Source: Mytilus edulis (lineage: Eukaryota). From it: a DNA stretch of 64,000 bases. The stretch's first letter is position 1, and each line of letters starts with the position of its first letter. The notes under the pieces were generated by a model that ran no database searches, was not told the DNA's origin, and saw only the letters and a program-made list of their open reading frames with translations. This document shows, piece after piece, positions 13,116 through 28,200 of the stretch. Position numbers and translations under genes: made by a program. The stretch is from positions 37,758,001-37,822,000 of the forward strand of contig NC_092345.1 in the NCBI RefSeq assembly GCF_963676685.1. Direction: 5' to 3'.

Positions 13116-15117
13116 TACTAGTAATGGAAAAATTTAACAATTACTATCCACACTGATCTGTGTCCACAAAAATAAATATACTTATATACTAGTATAATGT
13201 TTAAAGACTAAATCTTTCCATATATTTTATTCAAGTAGTTCACATGAACGTGATGATATTATGTAATAATACTTTATCTATTTGATTGGTTAAAAAAATA
13301 TTCAACTTCAGCAATTTTCCCGGAGAATTCTGGGGCATTTTTTTTTACAAACAATACTTACAAACTGCTGCTACGAAAATCGAAACTACGAATAAAATCT
13401 TGGTTAACATTTTTTTATCCTGCAAAAAAAACACGATTTCATTAAAACATGTATATTCTCAATTTTAAAAATATCAAACTAAATCTTTCATTCAGTGCCT
13501 TCAAGAATAAGAGACAAATTGGAATAAGAAAAAGAAAAGAATAAACATCCACAAAACACCAGTCAACATAATGTAACAAAACAACAGAATATAAATGTAT
13601 AAAGCAGCATTCATCATGGTAAGACATGTATACAGTATACAATATCATGCAATCGCTTTTGAATTTATTGTTCTGATTGAAAAGCAGATTTAACCAGTAA
13701 TGGCATGTATTCAGTTATGGCCATTTTTGGTATCATAACTTTGTTTCTCTATAATACATGTATTTATAAAGGTTTTGTTCCATAACATTGTGGTGATGTT
13801 TTATTAGACGACATTGTAGGCTTTTGAAAATTAATATCCTGGCCTGGTAAGAGCTGAAAATGTATAACCAGTAGGAAAACTCACAGTCCAAATCAATATA
13901 GATTGGAGTCGAATTCTCCTGACAGGTGACGGATTCAAACTCAAACCGCAGACAGGCTAAATATAGAGTAGTTCGACTATTTAGACTACTCGGTGTCAAC
14001 TTCCTCTCCCTCCACAGAATATCAAATGGTCGGCCCTAACACACAAATATCACATCTGATTTTTTTTAAATCTCTTCTTCAAACCATAATTTCCCCTAAT
14101 ATGACTTTGGAAGGCAATTCTCTTATTTTTATTCTATCACTGCATATGTACTATGTTTTAGCACGTACATGTAAGAGACTCTTTACATTGAATTTCTTAA
14201 CTTTCGATACGTATTGTGATGTGTTTGTAACACACAGTAGCATATGTTTAAATAAGAAGTACATGTATCTTTATCAACTTTAGCACAGATTCTTTCAAAC
14301 AGCCCCGGTTACAACCAATAACTTGGACCAAATTGACAATTTAATATTTGACTTTTAGTGTTGTATTTTTATGATTATGATGGTGGGTTTTTTATCTTTA
14401 ATACCTTTTTTAGTTATATCATGTGTATCATTTTTCTATGCTATGAATAAATTCATGTCGCTAAAATGGACATCGATAATATTGATGTTTTGCTAAAATG
14501 TGTAAAATAATTATGGCGCTGAAATGGACTTACGCTAAAACGCCCGATTATCTTTACTAAAATGTCCTATCAATGCGCTAAAATATCCTTCGCCGGTCTA
14601 AAATTTAGATTGATAAAGAAAAAAATCAAAGTCAAAATAATATACAAAAATGTTCTTTAGTGTAAAAGTAAACAATGTACTTACTCGAATAACAAAAAAA
14701 ATGACTTACTTATTGTGGCCGGTCTGCGAGAGAGAAAAGCTTCAATAATTTTGAGATATTTATTCAATATAAATATATATCCTTAAGAATTACATAAGCT
14801 GATTTAGCTTAAAACTTTTAGTTCCTTTACCTTAGGAAGTATTATAATGCAGACTACGGGATATCTGTTATGGGGGTTGTTTTTAAAGGATGCGTGTTCG
14901 AGTCAATTATTTAAGATAATCTTTTAAACCTTTGTATTGAAAGGGCTTTATTTGACACAGACATTTTATATCTTGACTTTTAAATGTAAAAAAAAATAGA
15001 AGCAAAGAAAATATAGATTAAAAAAACGAAACAAAACATAATATACAACAAAACAACATCTAGTAATATATTTATCAATTCCTTTTACTATTTTATGACT
15101 ATTTTATATTAAAGTAC

Positions 15118-15340
15118 ATTGATTGATTGATTGATTGATTGATTGTATATAGTGTTAAACACCACTTTCAACACTATTGAGCTATTTGTGACGATCAGTT
15201 TTTCATTGGTCATAGCGCTTCGAGAGAACCACGGACTTTCGGAGGAAAACTGACGATCATGATAGTCAATTAAGATTGGAGTCGAGTGTACCTGTCCCGT
15301 GTGGGATTCAAACTTACAACTCCGATGCTGACAGGCTATG
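15118..15340 (-). mobile_element. tRNA-derived SINE with (ATTG)n tail
   Basis: A (gatt)n microsatellite followed by gtgttaaacaccactttcaacactattg, the reverse of the SINE tail at ~9040-9072. Confidence 0.6.
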
Positions 15341-16689
15341 TAAAAAAGGTTCTAATAAGCAGTTACATATTACAAAAGTTATTGTTTTTGTCTTAACTTA
15401 GAGAACCAGTTTATTTAGAATAAATGTTCATAGTCTTTGAACATACTGTATAGCATCACCACAGGATATAGGTACCACTGCAGCGTTGGAAAACAAACAC
15501 ATGTGAAGTCAGGTAAATCAAGACTTTTTGTTCGTTTATTTTCGATCTATGAGTTTGACTGTCCCTCCGGTATCTTTCGCCCATCTTTTAAGGTTAAATT
15601 CTTGTTATTTTCATAATATTTTACGTTTTGCTGACAATTAAAGTTTTTGTGAAACTGAAACAAATAATTGCAACGCCCCCATCCCTTCAAGCTAGATAAA
15701 GTTTAGAGTGGAATCGATAAAAAAAAAAGCTGGATTTAACTATAATCGTAGCTCCAGAAAGGGGGAACTAGGTACCTTGTCCATCTCTCAATCCGCCTCT
15801 GGGCTTTCTTTCTGAAAATTGGCAGATTCGGATAGTGGAGTTCCTGGTCAACGAAGCACGTGACGAGTTCAAACTTGTTTGCATAAACTTTCATACATGT
15901 ATCTTGCATATACAATAATAATCCAGTTTGCTTCCATCAGAGAGACGAGAATTTTCTTATACTTTGCAAAAAATGAAGAATTTACTATGTTTTTTTCAAT
16001 GATAACAATTATGGGTCACCATTATTATTTATTAAGGTACAGTAACTAGTCGTTCAAAATTGCAAAAACAACAAAAATTTTAGATTGTTCATGAAAAAAA
16101 ACACATTTTTGTGCATAAAAAGAAATCTATGAACCAGATATGTCATCGAACTTGTTTTCTTGCTACAAGTAAAAATGAAAATTTCCCTATATGTCCAGTA
16201 TAAGTTTTGTACTGGAAATTTATCTCCCCTTCAATAGCTGATTTGAAAAATTAATTCTAAAAGCACAAATATTTGGTATTTGTTTAAACATTTTTAATAA
16301 AGCAATAAATAACTAAGTCTTCTTTACATAAATAAACAGTGTAACCAATTTATTGCAAATCTGTCTCTAAATTTGCAGATTTTGGCAAAGAACTAGACCG
16401 ATCATTTACTGTGATTGTACAATTCAAGATGAACTACCTTACAGGAATATCCCCTTTTAAAATAAATAACAGTCAGCAAGAAAGAATGATGATTCGTTTG
16501 ATCTTGAGATAGTTTTATAAAATAATTGAAGAAATATAAAGAGAGCTGTCTGGTGTTTACATGTTAAACGTATAACCGCTGGGAAAATAGCAATCTCCGT
16601 ACAGCGCTCGTTTCCTTTCAGTATACTTAGTACACTATAATACAATGTTTAGGGCTGGAATTCTGATTAGTTTTTGGTATATTTGTAGG

Positions 16690-16835
16690 ACTCTAAAGTG
16701 CGATGGTACTCTAAAGTATGTTGGTCACGCTAAAGTGCGATGGTCTTCGCTAAAGTACGATGGTGTCTTACCCTAAAGTGCGATGGTTGTTTGTTTGCTA
16801 AAGTACGATGGTATATCACGCTAAAGTGCAATAGA
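16690..16835. repeat. Array of cgctaaagtgcgatggt motifs, probably subterminal repeats of a DNA transposon
   Basis: About 8 copies of ctaaagt(g/a)cgatggt. An inverted copy (ccatcgcactttagcg) lies at ~17918-17933, and a related cgctaaaatg array at 14459-14600. Confidence 0.65.
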
Positions 16836-17516
16836 CCAAAAGGGTTAAGATTTTAGGGCTTAAAACGTGAAAGTACATGGATGTTAAAAAAATCGTCTTT
16901 TTGCAAAAGCTGGTATGCTAAGATATAAATATGTGATAGGCTTTATAAATATGTATGGCTTAAGTGATTGTTTCTAAATTTTGAAGACCGGCCACGTTTG
17001 TATTGATAAAAAGGTAAGTTAGGTCACAAAATACTATATTTCCTGGAGATGATTTTTTAACTATTCGGTCGTATCAAATATTTGGATCATTGGTGTAGCT
17101 TATCGTTCACACTGTCTGTCAATTATTTGAACACCTCCCTTATACATATATAGGCGTCATTGTAAATTACAAATAAAAAAATCGTTCATTGTTGGAATGT
17201 TTAACATTTATTTGTATAAGCTTTAATTCAAATGTGAGAGAAAAGAGATGTCCTAGTTTTCACCTTTTTCGTAGCGAGTACAAACACATGTTATATTTTC
17301 ATACAATATACATTTGTACAAACTAGTGATTTAGATGAAAATCTATAATTTAAATTACGCATGAAAACATGTACCTTTATTTTACAGACGTTACTTCTCC
17401 ATAAAATTCACAATGTTTTTAAAAACGGGGACTGAGCACCCGAAAAAAAACCAACACATAATTATGCTCCAGCCGACAAAGCACGGTTAGGACATTTGGT
17501 TTATAAGTTGTTAATT

Positions 17517-17665
17517 AAGGAATGACTAATATTTTTTCTGTCTATGAAGAAATGACATAAAAAATTTGGTGCACACAGAATAACGTGCGTAGCGGGTTAT
17601 TTAACAGTGTGCACCACATTTTTTATGTTATTTCGAATAGACAGAAAAAATATTAGTCATTTCTT
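17517..17665. repeat. Long imperfect inverted repeat (~60-bp arms), repeat-element derived
   Basis: aaggaatgactaatattttttctgtctat...ggtgcacac pairs with gtgtgcacc...atagacagaaaaaatattagtcatttctt. Confidence 0.8.
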
Positions 17666-19259
17666 ATAATTTAATTCTAGTAAATTTCATTTTCAACCGT
17701 AGAAAACCATGAAAACCCGTTGATGACGTCACGGTCACATGACTAAATTATGTCTATGGGCTGATAAAAAAATAACGTCAGCCAATCAGAAGACGCGCTA
17801 CATCCAAAATTAAATTATTGAAATATATCTTCTAGCATGTTCATTTTTGGTTTGTATTTATAAACGACTGTTAACGTCATAATCCAACCACGTTTCATAC
17901 GTTTATACTTTCGCGGACCATCGCACTTTAGCGTATGAAGGCATCGGACCAAGAGAACATATCTTGGAACCAGTAGGCTGCAAACCAAACTAAAGATCTA
18001 TGAATATTATTTATCACCCACTAAAAAAGGCGTGGTGAGCCGTATCTACAAAGTGCAACCTTTATGAGGTTTGAGGAACAACCTCTGGGGAAAATCTATG
18101 GTTGAGTTGAAAAGTCTTGCTTTTGTAAGCAAACATATATTTATAGAGCGATAAGTTTTTGTCCCAGTTATGTTGCTAGAGTTTATCCCCCTCCCCACCC
18201 ACAACTTAACCCTCCCAAACGTAGCGAAATGTCACATGTAGTATAATGAGAAACAAGTATGTGTGAGAATGTGTTACTGTGGTACGATAGTAAACACATA
18301 TCTTAAAACTCCAGACCTGTCAAACGGTCTCGGTAGACTATGCTTTCATAATATGGAATTGTCACAAAACTGAAAATAATTTGTTCAAAGTCCGATAACT
18401 CCTGTCACGTAAAAATGCTAAACTATCTCATATATTTGATTAGTGTCTCAGATTCATTGTACAACTATCACCAAGTTTTAAAAAGTTATCATATTTAGGG
18501 GTTTTTTTTAATTGTTTTGTCGATTTTTTTTTAAATATCAACATTCTTGATAAGTCTAATTTAAATTTTTATTGACAATTTGAAAATTTCACCATATATT
18601 TAAAATTTAGACCATAAAGTACTAAAAAACTGATACGCAATCACGTTCCAAAAGAATAGAAATGTTTATTTATATTTTTTAATGTTGAGAAAAGCTTATT
18701 CTATCAACGATAAAAAAAAATCGACCCATCCTTTAAGCCTGTTGCAAGATTAAAATCTCCCAATATCTGTCATACTCTTATTTTCAAATGGCATTCAAAA
18801 TGTTCAATCCTTTGTCTTTTTCAACTCACATTTTAGGGTTTTTAAAATTTACTATTAAAAACACTTTGTAATTTTCATCCTGAAATGAGTTTAGTATTTG
18901 CAACTTATTGTCAAGTTACAATGGTGTACCGATCATACATGAAATATTTGCACTGGACGTTAAGCAAAGAAATCATACAAATTTTGAATTTTCAAACTGC
19001 AACAAATTACAAGCTTCTCAGACGAAGGCAACAACGATGGAAGTTTGTAACAACTTTGGCTGGCAATACAGCCCTTGCACGGTTGGTGACAAAGGCATGG
19101 AAACAAGTATCAGCTTTATAAAAACCATGATAATTCATAAACAATACTTTTATTTGTTTTAAAGTCAGCCTGAATCAGAGCCTTATAACTAGTATAATTC
19201 AATAAGTAATTTGACAACAATAGAAATGTTGCATAGTATCTTAACCAAAGTGTTCAACA

Positions 19260-22200
19260 CTACTGTCCTTTGTCAGCTTTGACTGTTTTGTCAACACTTG
19301 GGTCAAGAAAATCTTTCCCCGTGAAATCTATGTAATTTCTACATTCTTTGATTGCTGAGTTTGGCACCTGAAAATATGGAAAAACAATTGTTATTCGTGT
19401 AATTTAAATAATGATCATTTGGAGACCAATGTCACATGTAAAACAGGTTCTGCTTACCATATCGGAGCTTCTGAGATCACCTGCAGATTTTGATACTTTA
19501 GTTTCAATATTGTGTTTTGTTTACTGCATTTTGTCTTTAGTTTTGTCTTTTTCTTTTTTTGAAAGCTTTTTCTTTTTTTGAAAGGCTTCGACAAAATAAT
19601 CATTTTCGTCTTATGTTCGCATGATTGAGTTGAAACTCGACATGTGAAGAAGGTTCTGTTCACCCTTTCCGCAGCACATGAGACCAACCCGGTTTCTTTA
19701 TGGGTCTTGTTGCTGAGTCTTTAGTTTTGTATTCTATATATGTTTTATATACTGAAAAAAGTCTGTTTGTCTTTCGATCGTTTTTCAGTTTTTTCCTACG
19801 GCATTGGCAATATAAAAGAGATAATGTGGTATGATTGCTAATGATACAAATCTTCACATGAGACCAATTGACACAGACATTAATTGTCTATACGTCACCG
19901 TAAGGTCTTCAATAATTAGCAAAGCCATCAGCTAGTTTTTGTCTTATGAGTTTAAATATCCCTTTGGTATCTTTCACATCAATTTAACTAAAGACTATAA
20001 TATTATTTATTTTATGAACTGGAATTTAGAAACAAAATGTTTCATTTCTATAATGGCAATATCATAGTACTGGCTACTGGACAACCAGTGCCATCTAGAA
20101 GTGGTAATTATTGGCAGGATCCAGTTTATCTATAACCCGGTGACTGAATCGCAATATCGGAAATTACAAACAAGATACACGTAACTTTCGAGGTTATAGT
20201 ATTGGATACAGATATTTCCGTGTTCTAGAATACAGAATCAGCGAAAGTCAAAACGTAATATAACTTTTATAAAGAAATAAAGACATTCAGAAGTTACCTT
20301 TTCTAGTGGTGTATAATTCGGGTGATGGTGTTTAAATACAGGGTCGTTAGACCTCAGGTTATATGAGTATAATAGCGCCCAGCGCCTGTTTGGACTATTG
20401 TTCGGAGCACTGGTATGTATAACATTACTGTGGAAAATCAAAGCATCACCTTTAAACAGAATATACTAAATTTGTAAATGGTTATGGATAATCATAGTCT
20501 GAATTGAGTTAAAGTTAAACATGGCGCTAAAAATCATAAACTAGAAACGATAGTAAGGTTGCATGACTGCCCATATGTAATTGTGTAACAATTGATTATT
20601 ACGATTATTTTTTTCGAATATAACTTCATATGTTATAACCCCTTTACATGTATGTTTATAAAATTGAAATAGGAACTAACTGTTTTGTTATAATTTCATA
20701 GCACTTCTGTACTTTAAATAGTTTTGTATGAAAAATGTGTTTATAGATACATGTACATATGTATACATTTATTGAGGAAATGAATTTGTAGTCTTGTGGT
20801 ACATTCTTTGCATCGAGAGTGGGAGGTCGTAGATTCGAACCCCGGACTGGTTAAACCTAAGACTGTTAAATTAGCATGTGTTGCTTCTACACTTAGCACG
20901 CAGCATTAAGGAGTAAGAGCAAAACTGGTCTGTTCGGAGTCAGAATAATCTGTTCGGATAGGGTGTCATGTCTTTCTTCGGACTTTTACCTTATAAATTA
21001 GCACGTGGAAATTCATTATCATATCATCCTGAATATGTATTTGGGTGTTAAACAACCATCCAAACAATGAATTTCAGAATCTACAATTAACCTAAAGGAG
21101 TTGAAAAATTAGGTACCTGGATCCATTTCCACGTGCTTGATTGGATGTCTTTCGATGATCTGTTTGACTCTTTCTATATCGCACTGATTTTGGCCAGCAA
21201 CAGGGAAGTGATCAATTCTACCGCATTTGTGGCTTCCAGGTAAAATCTTAAATTATAAGAGAATGTAAACCATATTAAATAAGATGTAATAAGATAAGAT
21301 AAGAATTTTATTAATCTAATCAAGAACCCATAAAGGGCATCATTTTACAACAATATTATGCACAATATGATTGCAAATATTGTGCATAATATTATTTGGA
21401 CTCTGTTGGATAGTCGTCTCATTTGCAATCATATATATATATATATGATTGCAAATGAGACGACTATCCAACAGAGTCCAAATAAAGTGGATTTGAGTAT
21501 TATAGGTCACAATACAGACTTTCGCTAATTATTTTTCTATTTTGTATCAATATATGATTTTAATTATTATGTTCGTATTTTCTTCCGCGCTTTTTCAATA
21601 TATGGTTTCTGTTCCATGATCATACGTGTTTCTTACCATTTCCGGAGCACCTGACATCACCTCCGGTTTTAGGTAGAGTCCTTGTCGCTCAGATATAAGC
21701 TTTCTAAGTTTGGTTTGTGTACTGTTGTTTGTCTATTCGTCGGTTTTTTTTTACCTGTTCCACTCGACCAAGTTAACTTCTCTCATCACTTGGCGTCATC
21801 GTCCTTTAACTTTTACAAAAACCTTCATATCTATAACTACAAGGCTAAATTCAACCAAACTTGCCAATAATCATCATTGGGGTATTTAGTTTTTACAATG
21901 TGTCCGATGACACTGGCCAACCAACCAAGATTGCCGACATGGCTAAAAATAGCGCATAAAAGGAAATGCAAGTTTTTGTCTGTTAGTTTGAAAACCGTTT
22001 TAAATAGGGACAGTAATGTTCAGAATGTTGAGCTCTATACGTCAAAACCGTCTGAATCTGACGACTTTTTATAAGAGTTATTGCCCTGAAGTAAAATAAC
22101 TTTTACCATTTTTTATCATTTTTGCCCTGATAACTATAATAGATAGAAAGAAACTTTGAATGCTAAATTGATCAGCAAGTTCTACAAAGAAGTGTACATG

Positions 22201-25200
22201 GTCGATAACTCTTTATTAGAGTTTAAACTTATTGCCCTTTCATAACGATGTATACCAATATTTTGCTTTTTAACTGATATCTTAAAATCTATAAAAAATG
22301 ATCAACAAGACAAGATCTACATTTAAGACCGATGGGGGAAATCGTGCGACACCTTATTGGAGTTATTGCCCTTAAAAATGACGATTTTATCAATTTTTTA
22401 ATGTTTTGCCTTATATGGCACAAATTATAAAGTCATGATTGATAGACGCTTGAGATCACAAAAATGATTAGCAAAGCAAGATCTACTTAAATGTAAAATT
22501 TTGCCAATATTATTAGCAGACGGTCACACTTTATAGGAGTGTTTGCTCTTTTAAAAATGAGGATTTTAGTTACCTTCGTTTATGTTTTGCGCAAAATCTC
22601 AAGAAGATATAGAGAGAAACTGAACATGCAAATGGTCAGCAATGAAAGATCCAACAAAACAGATTTGTGTCATGAATTATATGCACGTCATGTCGGAGAG
22701 GATCCTGTGTTTAAATAATATGCACGTAGACCAAGGTGAGCGACACAGGCTTATTAGAGCCTCTAGGGTTTTTGGTGTTGTGTATTTTTTGCTATGACAT
22801 TATTGTTTTTTCCCAACTTTATGTTGGTAATGCCGGCGTCACGCATTGGAGTATAGACCGGCGTGCACCAGACGTACAGAAAAAAGTCCGTATACATTAT
22901 TTGCAAGCCAGAGGAACGATAAACAATCGTTAAACGCGCGTTGCATAAGTTTGAAGTACGTCGAAATGCAAAGGTATACGCTTGGCGAACGCTATAACTC
23001 CAGGAAATTTTTATGCAGTATAAAAATTTTCATCCAGCTCCAGCGTTTGCCAAATGTATACGCTGTGATCACGCACGTAATACATACGCTACGTGTGCGT
23101 TGAAAACGCTACAAATAAGTTTCAGATACGTTTAGGTCACGTTGTATACGCTTCAAGCTTGTTCGACTTGAACTAAAACATATGCGGGTCTGTATGTAAT
23201 TGTACGAATAAATGTACGCCAATCAAAGTATGTCTCTTACAGTTTTAGGTTTTGAAATTCTTTCTGTCGTATTCAACTTTAAGTTTATCCACTTTACAAC
23301 ATCGAATATAAATGGTTGTAAAAAGTTTTAACACGTGTATACTTTTTTCTATTACCTGCAGGCATCCATTAGTTTGGTCGCTTATATCAACAGGAATGAA
23401 TATGGTTAAGAGATCCGGGAACAGGTTTCCGTTTTTGTACCAGTACCTTTGAAATAAAATAATTCTATTTAAAAAAGATTGTTATAGAATACCAATTTTA
23501 ATGTTTTAAAACAAACATTTCTTGCATTTTATTTTGCTACTTTCACTGCTTATTTATTCAGATGAATATATATACCGACTAAAAAAAACTGTATGGACCT
23601 TCTTTTTTAAAGACCAAAAGTTTCAAAAAGGGGTTATCATTATGATAATATAAGTTTCTTTGATCAACTCGGCAATTGTCTAGAGAGAAGACATTGAGAA
23701 AAGTCATACATGCAACAAAATCTCATAAAAAGTTATTCAGTAAGTATTTTTAAATTTATCTCAGCAGAAGAAATAAAAAGAAAGTTTACACTGCCAAACA
23801 TAGATGGAATCCAGGGTCCCATACCCGAGCGAGTATTTAAATACTTTTATCCTTATTGAGTTTTACCCGTAATCTTGATGCCACAGAAAACTTCCTCCCG
23901 TATAAGCATCCTTTCTCACAAATTTTGCATGGTAGTGGTAAATTTCACCACCTCCAAGTAACTAAAAATTAAAACATTCAGTACTATAATTAAATTTACC
24001 AACATAAAATCTTTGTTCTTTAATAAAGTGTCATTAATTTAGATCACTAAACAGGTTCTAAAAGTATTTGTTTCGCTCATAGATCTTTAATTCTTGAAGA
24101 TGAGAACACTATACTCTCTATTTCACTATAGAAAAAAATAAGAATAGAAAGATGTCAATTTGTACCTTTTAACAGTATTGTCTTGATTTCACCACAATTG
24201 TGTCTCTATTACGTTTACGGTTTCTGGTGAAGTCTTTATTTTGTAGCATTGTAAATAAACTAGCTGTTATTGAACAAAACTTTTTAGGGTTATCAGGGGT
24301 ATGAAATTCATTTGTTCGTTCATGCTGTATAGGTATACATATATTTTTGAATATTTTAAATAATGACAAACAGATAAAAAAAATCAAAACGTTTTTAAAT
24401 AATATTTTTGTTATCACTATTTAATGCATTAATTTTTTTGACATGAAAAACGTATTCTATTTGAATTTGTACTTTTTCTATATCTGTGTCGCTTAGGTAG
24501 GACACGCCAAGCTTACAAAATTTACAAAATACTATACATTAGTAAAAAGGTTTGAGCGGACTCGGTGGCCGAAGAAGTTCAACTACTGTATCCTATCCTG
24601 ACGACACTAAATTGTGAGTTCGAACCCCGGACAAATCAGGTGTGTAGTAGTGCTCGATTCCAATCTTAATTGACTAGTTTTCCTGTCGAGGGTCAGTGGT
24701 TCTTACTTGGTACTTTCGGATTCATGAAATGACCGCCAAGAAATACCAATAGCACTGAAAGTAACATTAAGTACCAATCAAAAAATCAATAAGGGTTTGT
24801 GTTGACATGGGAACAGTGTATTGCTACTTAAGAGTATATTCCTTTACCATTTTCAAAAAAGTGCTTTCGGAACTTTTTCGAAAATTGGTTTTTGAACAAC
24901 TGATACGAAAAGAGCGATTAAAACTTAGTAACAAACAAACAAACCTCTTGGCATGTGTCCACAACCTTTTCACTCCTTGAAACGATGCCTGTTACGTCAT
25001 CTCCTGGGTGACTCCATATAACAAGTCCAGCTTGTTTTCCCTGTCCGTCTGGTAACTACATTATATAAAAACATGACCGTATTCATTTTTTTATGTACAG
25101 ATGGTCGATTTCAGAATTCGTAAATCTTAAATGAGTTACATGTATGAACACAATTCATATAGTGATTCAAACAAAAATGAAAGAATGTTGAATAAATTAG

Positions 25201-28200
25201 CAACTAACAATAACTAAAAACAAGAATGTGTCCTCAGTACACGAATGCCCCACTCGCACTATCATTTTCTATGTTCAGTGGACCGTGAAATTGGGGTAAA
25301 ATCTCTAATTTGGCATTAAAATTAGAAAGATCATATCATAGGGAACATGTGTACCAAGTTTGAAGTCGATTGGACTTCAACTTCATCAAAAACTACCTCG
25401 ACCAAAAACTTTAACCTGAAGCGGGACAGACGGACGAACGAACGGACGAACGAACGAACGAACGGACGCACAGACCAGAAAACATAATGCCCCTCTACTA
25501 TCGTAGGTGGGGCATAAAAACATAAATCATATTTATCTAAAACATGCAACTATAATCGTTTGGAACTCATTCACTTTAGAAATTGGCAGACAGATAAAGA
25601 AATTGTGCTTTTGATCTGCCAAAAAAAGTGATCTATCATTTAAACTATTGAGAGAAGATGTCGATGATTCGCTATCAATTGTTTTGCTTCCTATGGTTAT
25701 TGGTGTGAACATTTACCATGGATACAAAGTGACGGAAAATGCTTGAATTTAAATGAACATTGATAACTCTGCATCAATGTATCTTTCATGATTTAAGCAA
25801 CAGATGTGGAATAATATAAATATAAGCAATAAGAACTCAGTTTTTCACACTGGGTATCCCGACCGGAAATACGTTGAGGAATCCGATTCTGAAAAGCAAT
25901 TACACAAGACCGGAAACGTCGGAAATTTAAAATAAAACACCAATGCCAACAGAGGGAACCCTATGTTATGAAGTCTCGATGCACCAGAGTTATCGTTCCT
26001 ACAGCCTACAATAACTACATATGCATATGGAGCGTCTGGATTATCGAGACTATATGTTATGTAGAAGCCGGATTAACTCGAATAATTCAAGCCCTTTCCG
26101 TGTCCGATTTTCTCCCACACGAGGGATATTATTCCACTTCTGTTGATTCAATACATTGGGGCAATGTCCGAAACAGTGGTGGGTGGCTTTACCAAGCGTT
26201 CACGGTTTCGGAGGTGGCAATGTTGAAGCGTTGTCGACATCTTGCGAAGACTTATAAAAGGCGCTATCGGCTGTCTTGAATTCGCGACCTGGTTAGAGAT
26301 TTTGATGTGTGTTGCATTTTACTTACACCATATCCATATTTTTGTGCCATGTCACTATCTTCTAGAACTTTCTTCATTTGGCATATTTCTTCTTCATCAA
26401 ACATTTTTCTAAAATGATAATAATTTTATATGAATTGTCCTTTCTGACAGTAATTTAGTTTGCAGCCTATATATATGTATAAATGATTTTCTTTTTTAAT
26501 ATTTGTGTACGTACGTTTAGCAAAAATTGCATATCGATATAGACCAAGTTATAATGTGAGCTTGTAGCAGTTGCCGTGATATTCAGCCAAAAGCAAGGAA
26601 TGATACTTGTAAAAAATACGTCCTACGATGTAGCCAAACAATATGGTTAAATACCAGTAAAGAGATATGTATGCTGGTAAATCACAAGATAAGGCGATAG
26701 AAAGCAATGTATGTTGATAAAGAATCAGGTAAATCGATAAGTATGCCGTTAAGTACATGGACTGCCGGTCAAAATCGATGATAGAAGAGTAGCATGTCCG
26801 TTGATTAAAAAACTTCTTATCAATGAAGACTTAGTACCAAATATAATACAGGGAAACAGACCCAACAACCTACAACAAAATTTGACAGAAAGACTTCACC
26901 TTCACTTGGTTGCCGTTTATTTAAGTGCTCCCGCACCAAGATATATCCCATTACCTCTCATCGCTGACCGAGACGTGCTATATCTTCATATTTTATTGTC
27001 TCGTCTATCTGAGTGATGTCAAAGTGCAACTATAATAGCTCAGTGCTTATGTGAGCCAAAATTGTTCCTGTGAAAAAAGTTCCAGTGGAACTAATTTCAC
27101 AGGAAATATGTTCTGAGAGAACTTTTTTTCACAGACAAGTTCTATTTAATTTGTTCCATCTATATGAAATAAGTTCCACGCTTTACCTGGTGAAATACGT
27201 TCCGGGTTGGTGAAATTTGTTTCGTACATAGTGCAATAAGTTCCATGTTTGTGAGATTTGTTCCTTACCTGGTAAAATAAGTGATTTGTTCCTCACCTGG
27301 TTACATAAGTTCCTTGTCTATGAAATATGTTCCACTGGTTAAACAAGTTATCTTATATACTGAGCACTTGTCATCAGTGAGTTAATTTAAAGTCATTATA
27401 AAAACGTGTATTATATTGATAAGGTAAGAAATAAAAAGTGTAAAAATCCAATTTGGATCATGTGGAGTAAAGCAAAAGTTTAATAATATACTCAATTAAT
27501 AATACTAAAAATGACACTTATGAACCAGGAAAGAGTAGAATAAGAAATAATAATAAGTAATTCCGAAAAAAAGTATTATAATAGTTAAAGATGAACATTT
27601 GTACTTTTTGGAAAAGGACAAAGTGACTGATCAATTATATTCAAAGACATAAAGAAACAAAAGACACACTGTGTCTTTAAAAACATGTATGATAAGTTCA
27701 TCCATGACCATGATGACAGATCAACAGGAAACAAAGAAGTTGAATACCACATAAATGATAAAACATAGATACAAATTAGGAAACATTATCATCGCTTTTA
27801 TTTCTTATCTTCATCTTACAGTCAGGCCTTCAATCAGGACTAAAATAAGGCGTATAGGTACAGTTTTCAATTTGTTAGCGGGCATGACGTAAAACAGCGA
27901 ATCAAAGAATTCAACTTTATAACTAATATAGGACAATGCTGTTGATTAAAAAATATTCTATTCCAGGACCTTTTGTTTTCCAACTAATTAATACTACCAA
28001 TAATTGATAAGTTCCAGTTCGACGGATTCAAACAGAAAGATTTGAAAGCAGAGAAAACTGCGTATCTTATAATCGGCACGACTTTATCAGATGACAATAC
28101 TAATATTAAAATAAGGCTTGCGCATAGTTATATACTTTAATTCAGTCACGGGCCCGCGATATCACGGGTGTGTTCTAGTCTCTTATAATATTGTCGAGTT

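Noticed and set aside
14700-14870. Possible 5' micro-exons of the lectin gene (about 14710-14723 and 14831-14864)
   Set aside because: The splice signals are plausible, but joining them in the required phase gives a stop and no signal peptide. Left unresolved.
16690-16835. Repeat-spacer-like array resembling CRISPR
   Set aside because: The spacers are only a few nt, the context is eukaryotic and there are no cas genes. It fits transposon subterminal repeats.
20800-20860. tRNA gene
   Set aside because: Only a degenerate tRNA-like head followed by a SINE body; no full cloverleaf.
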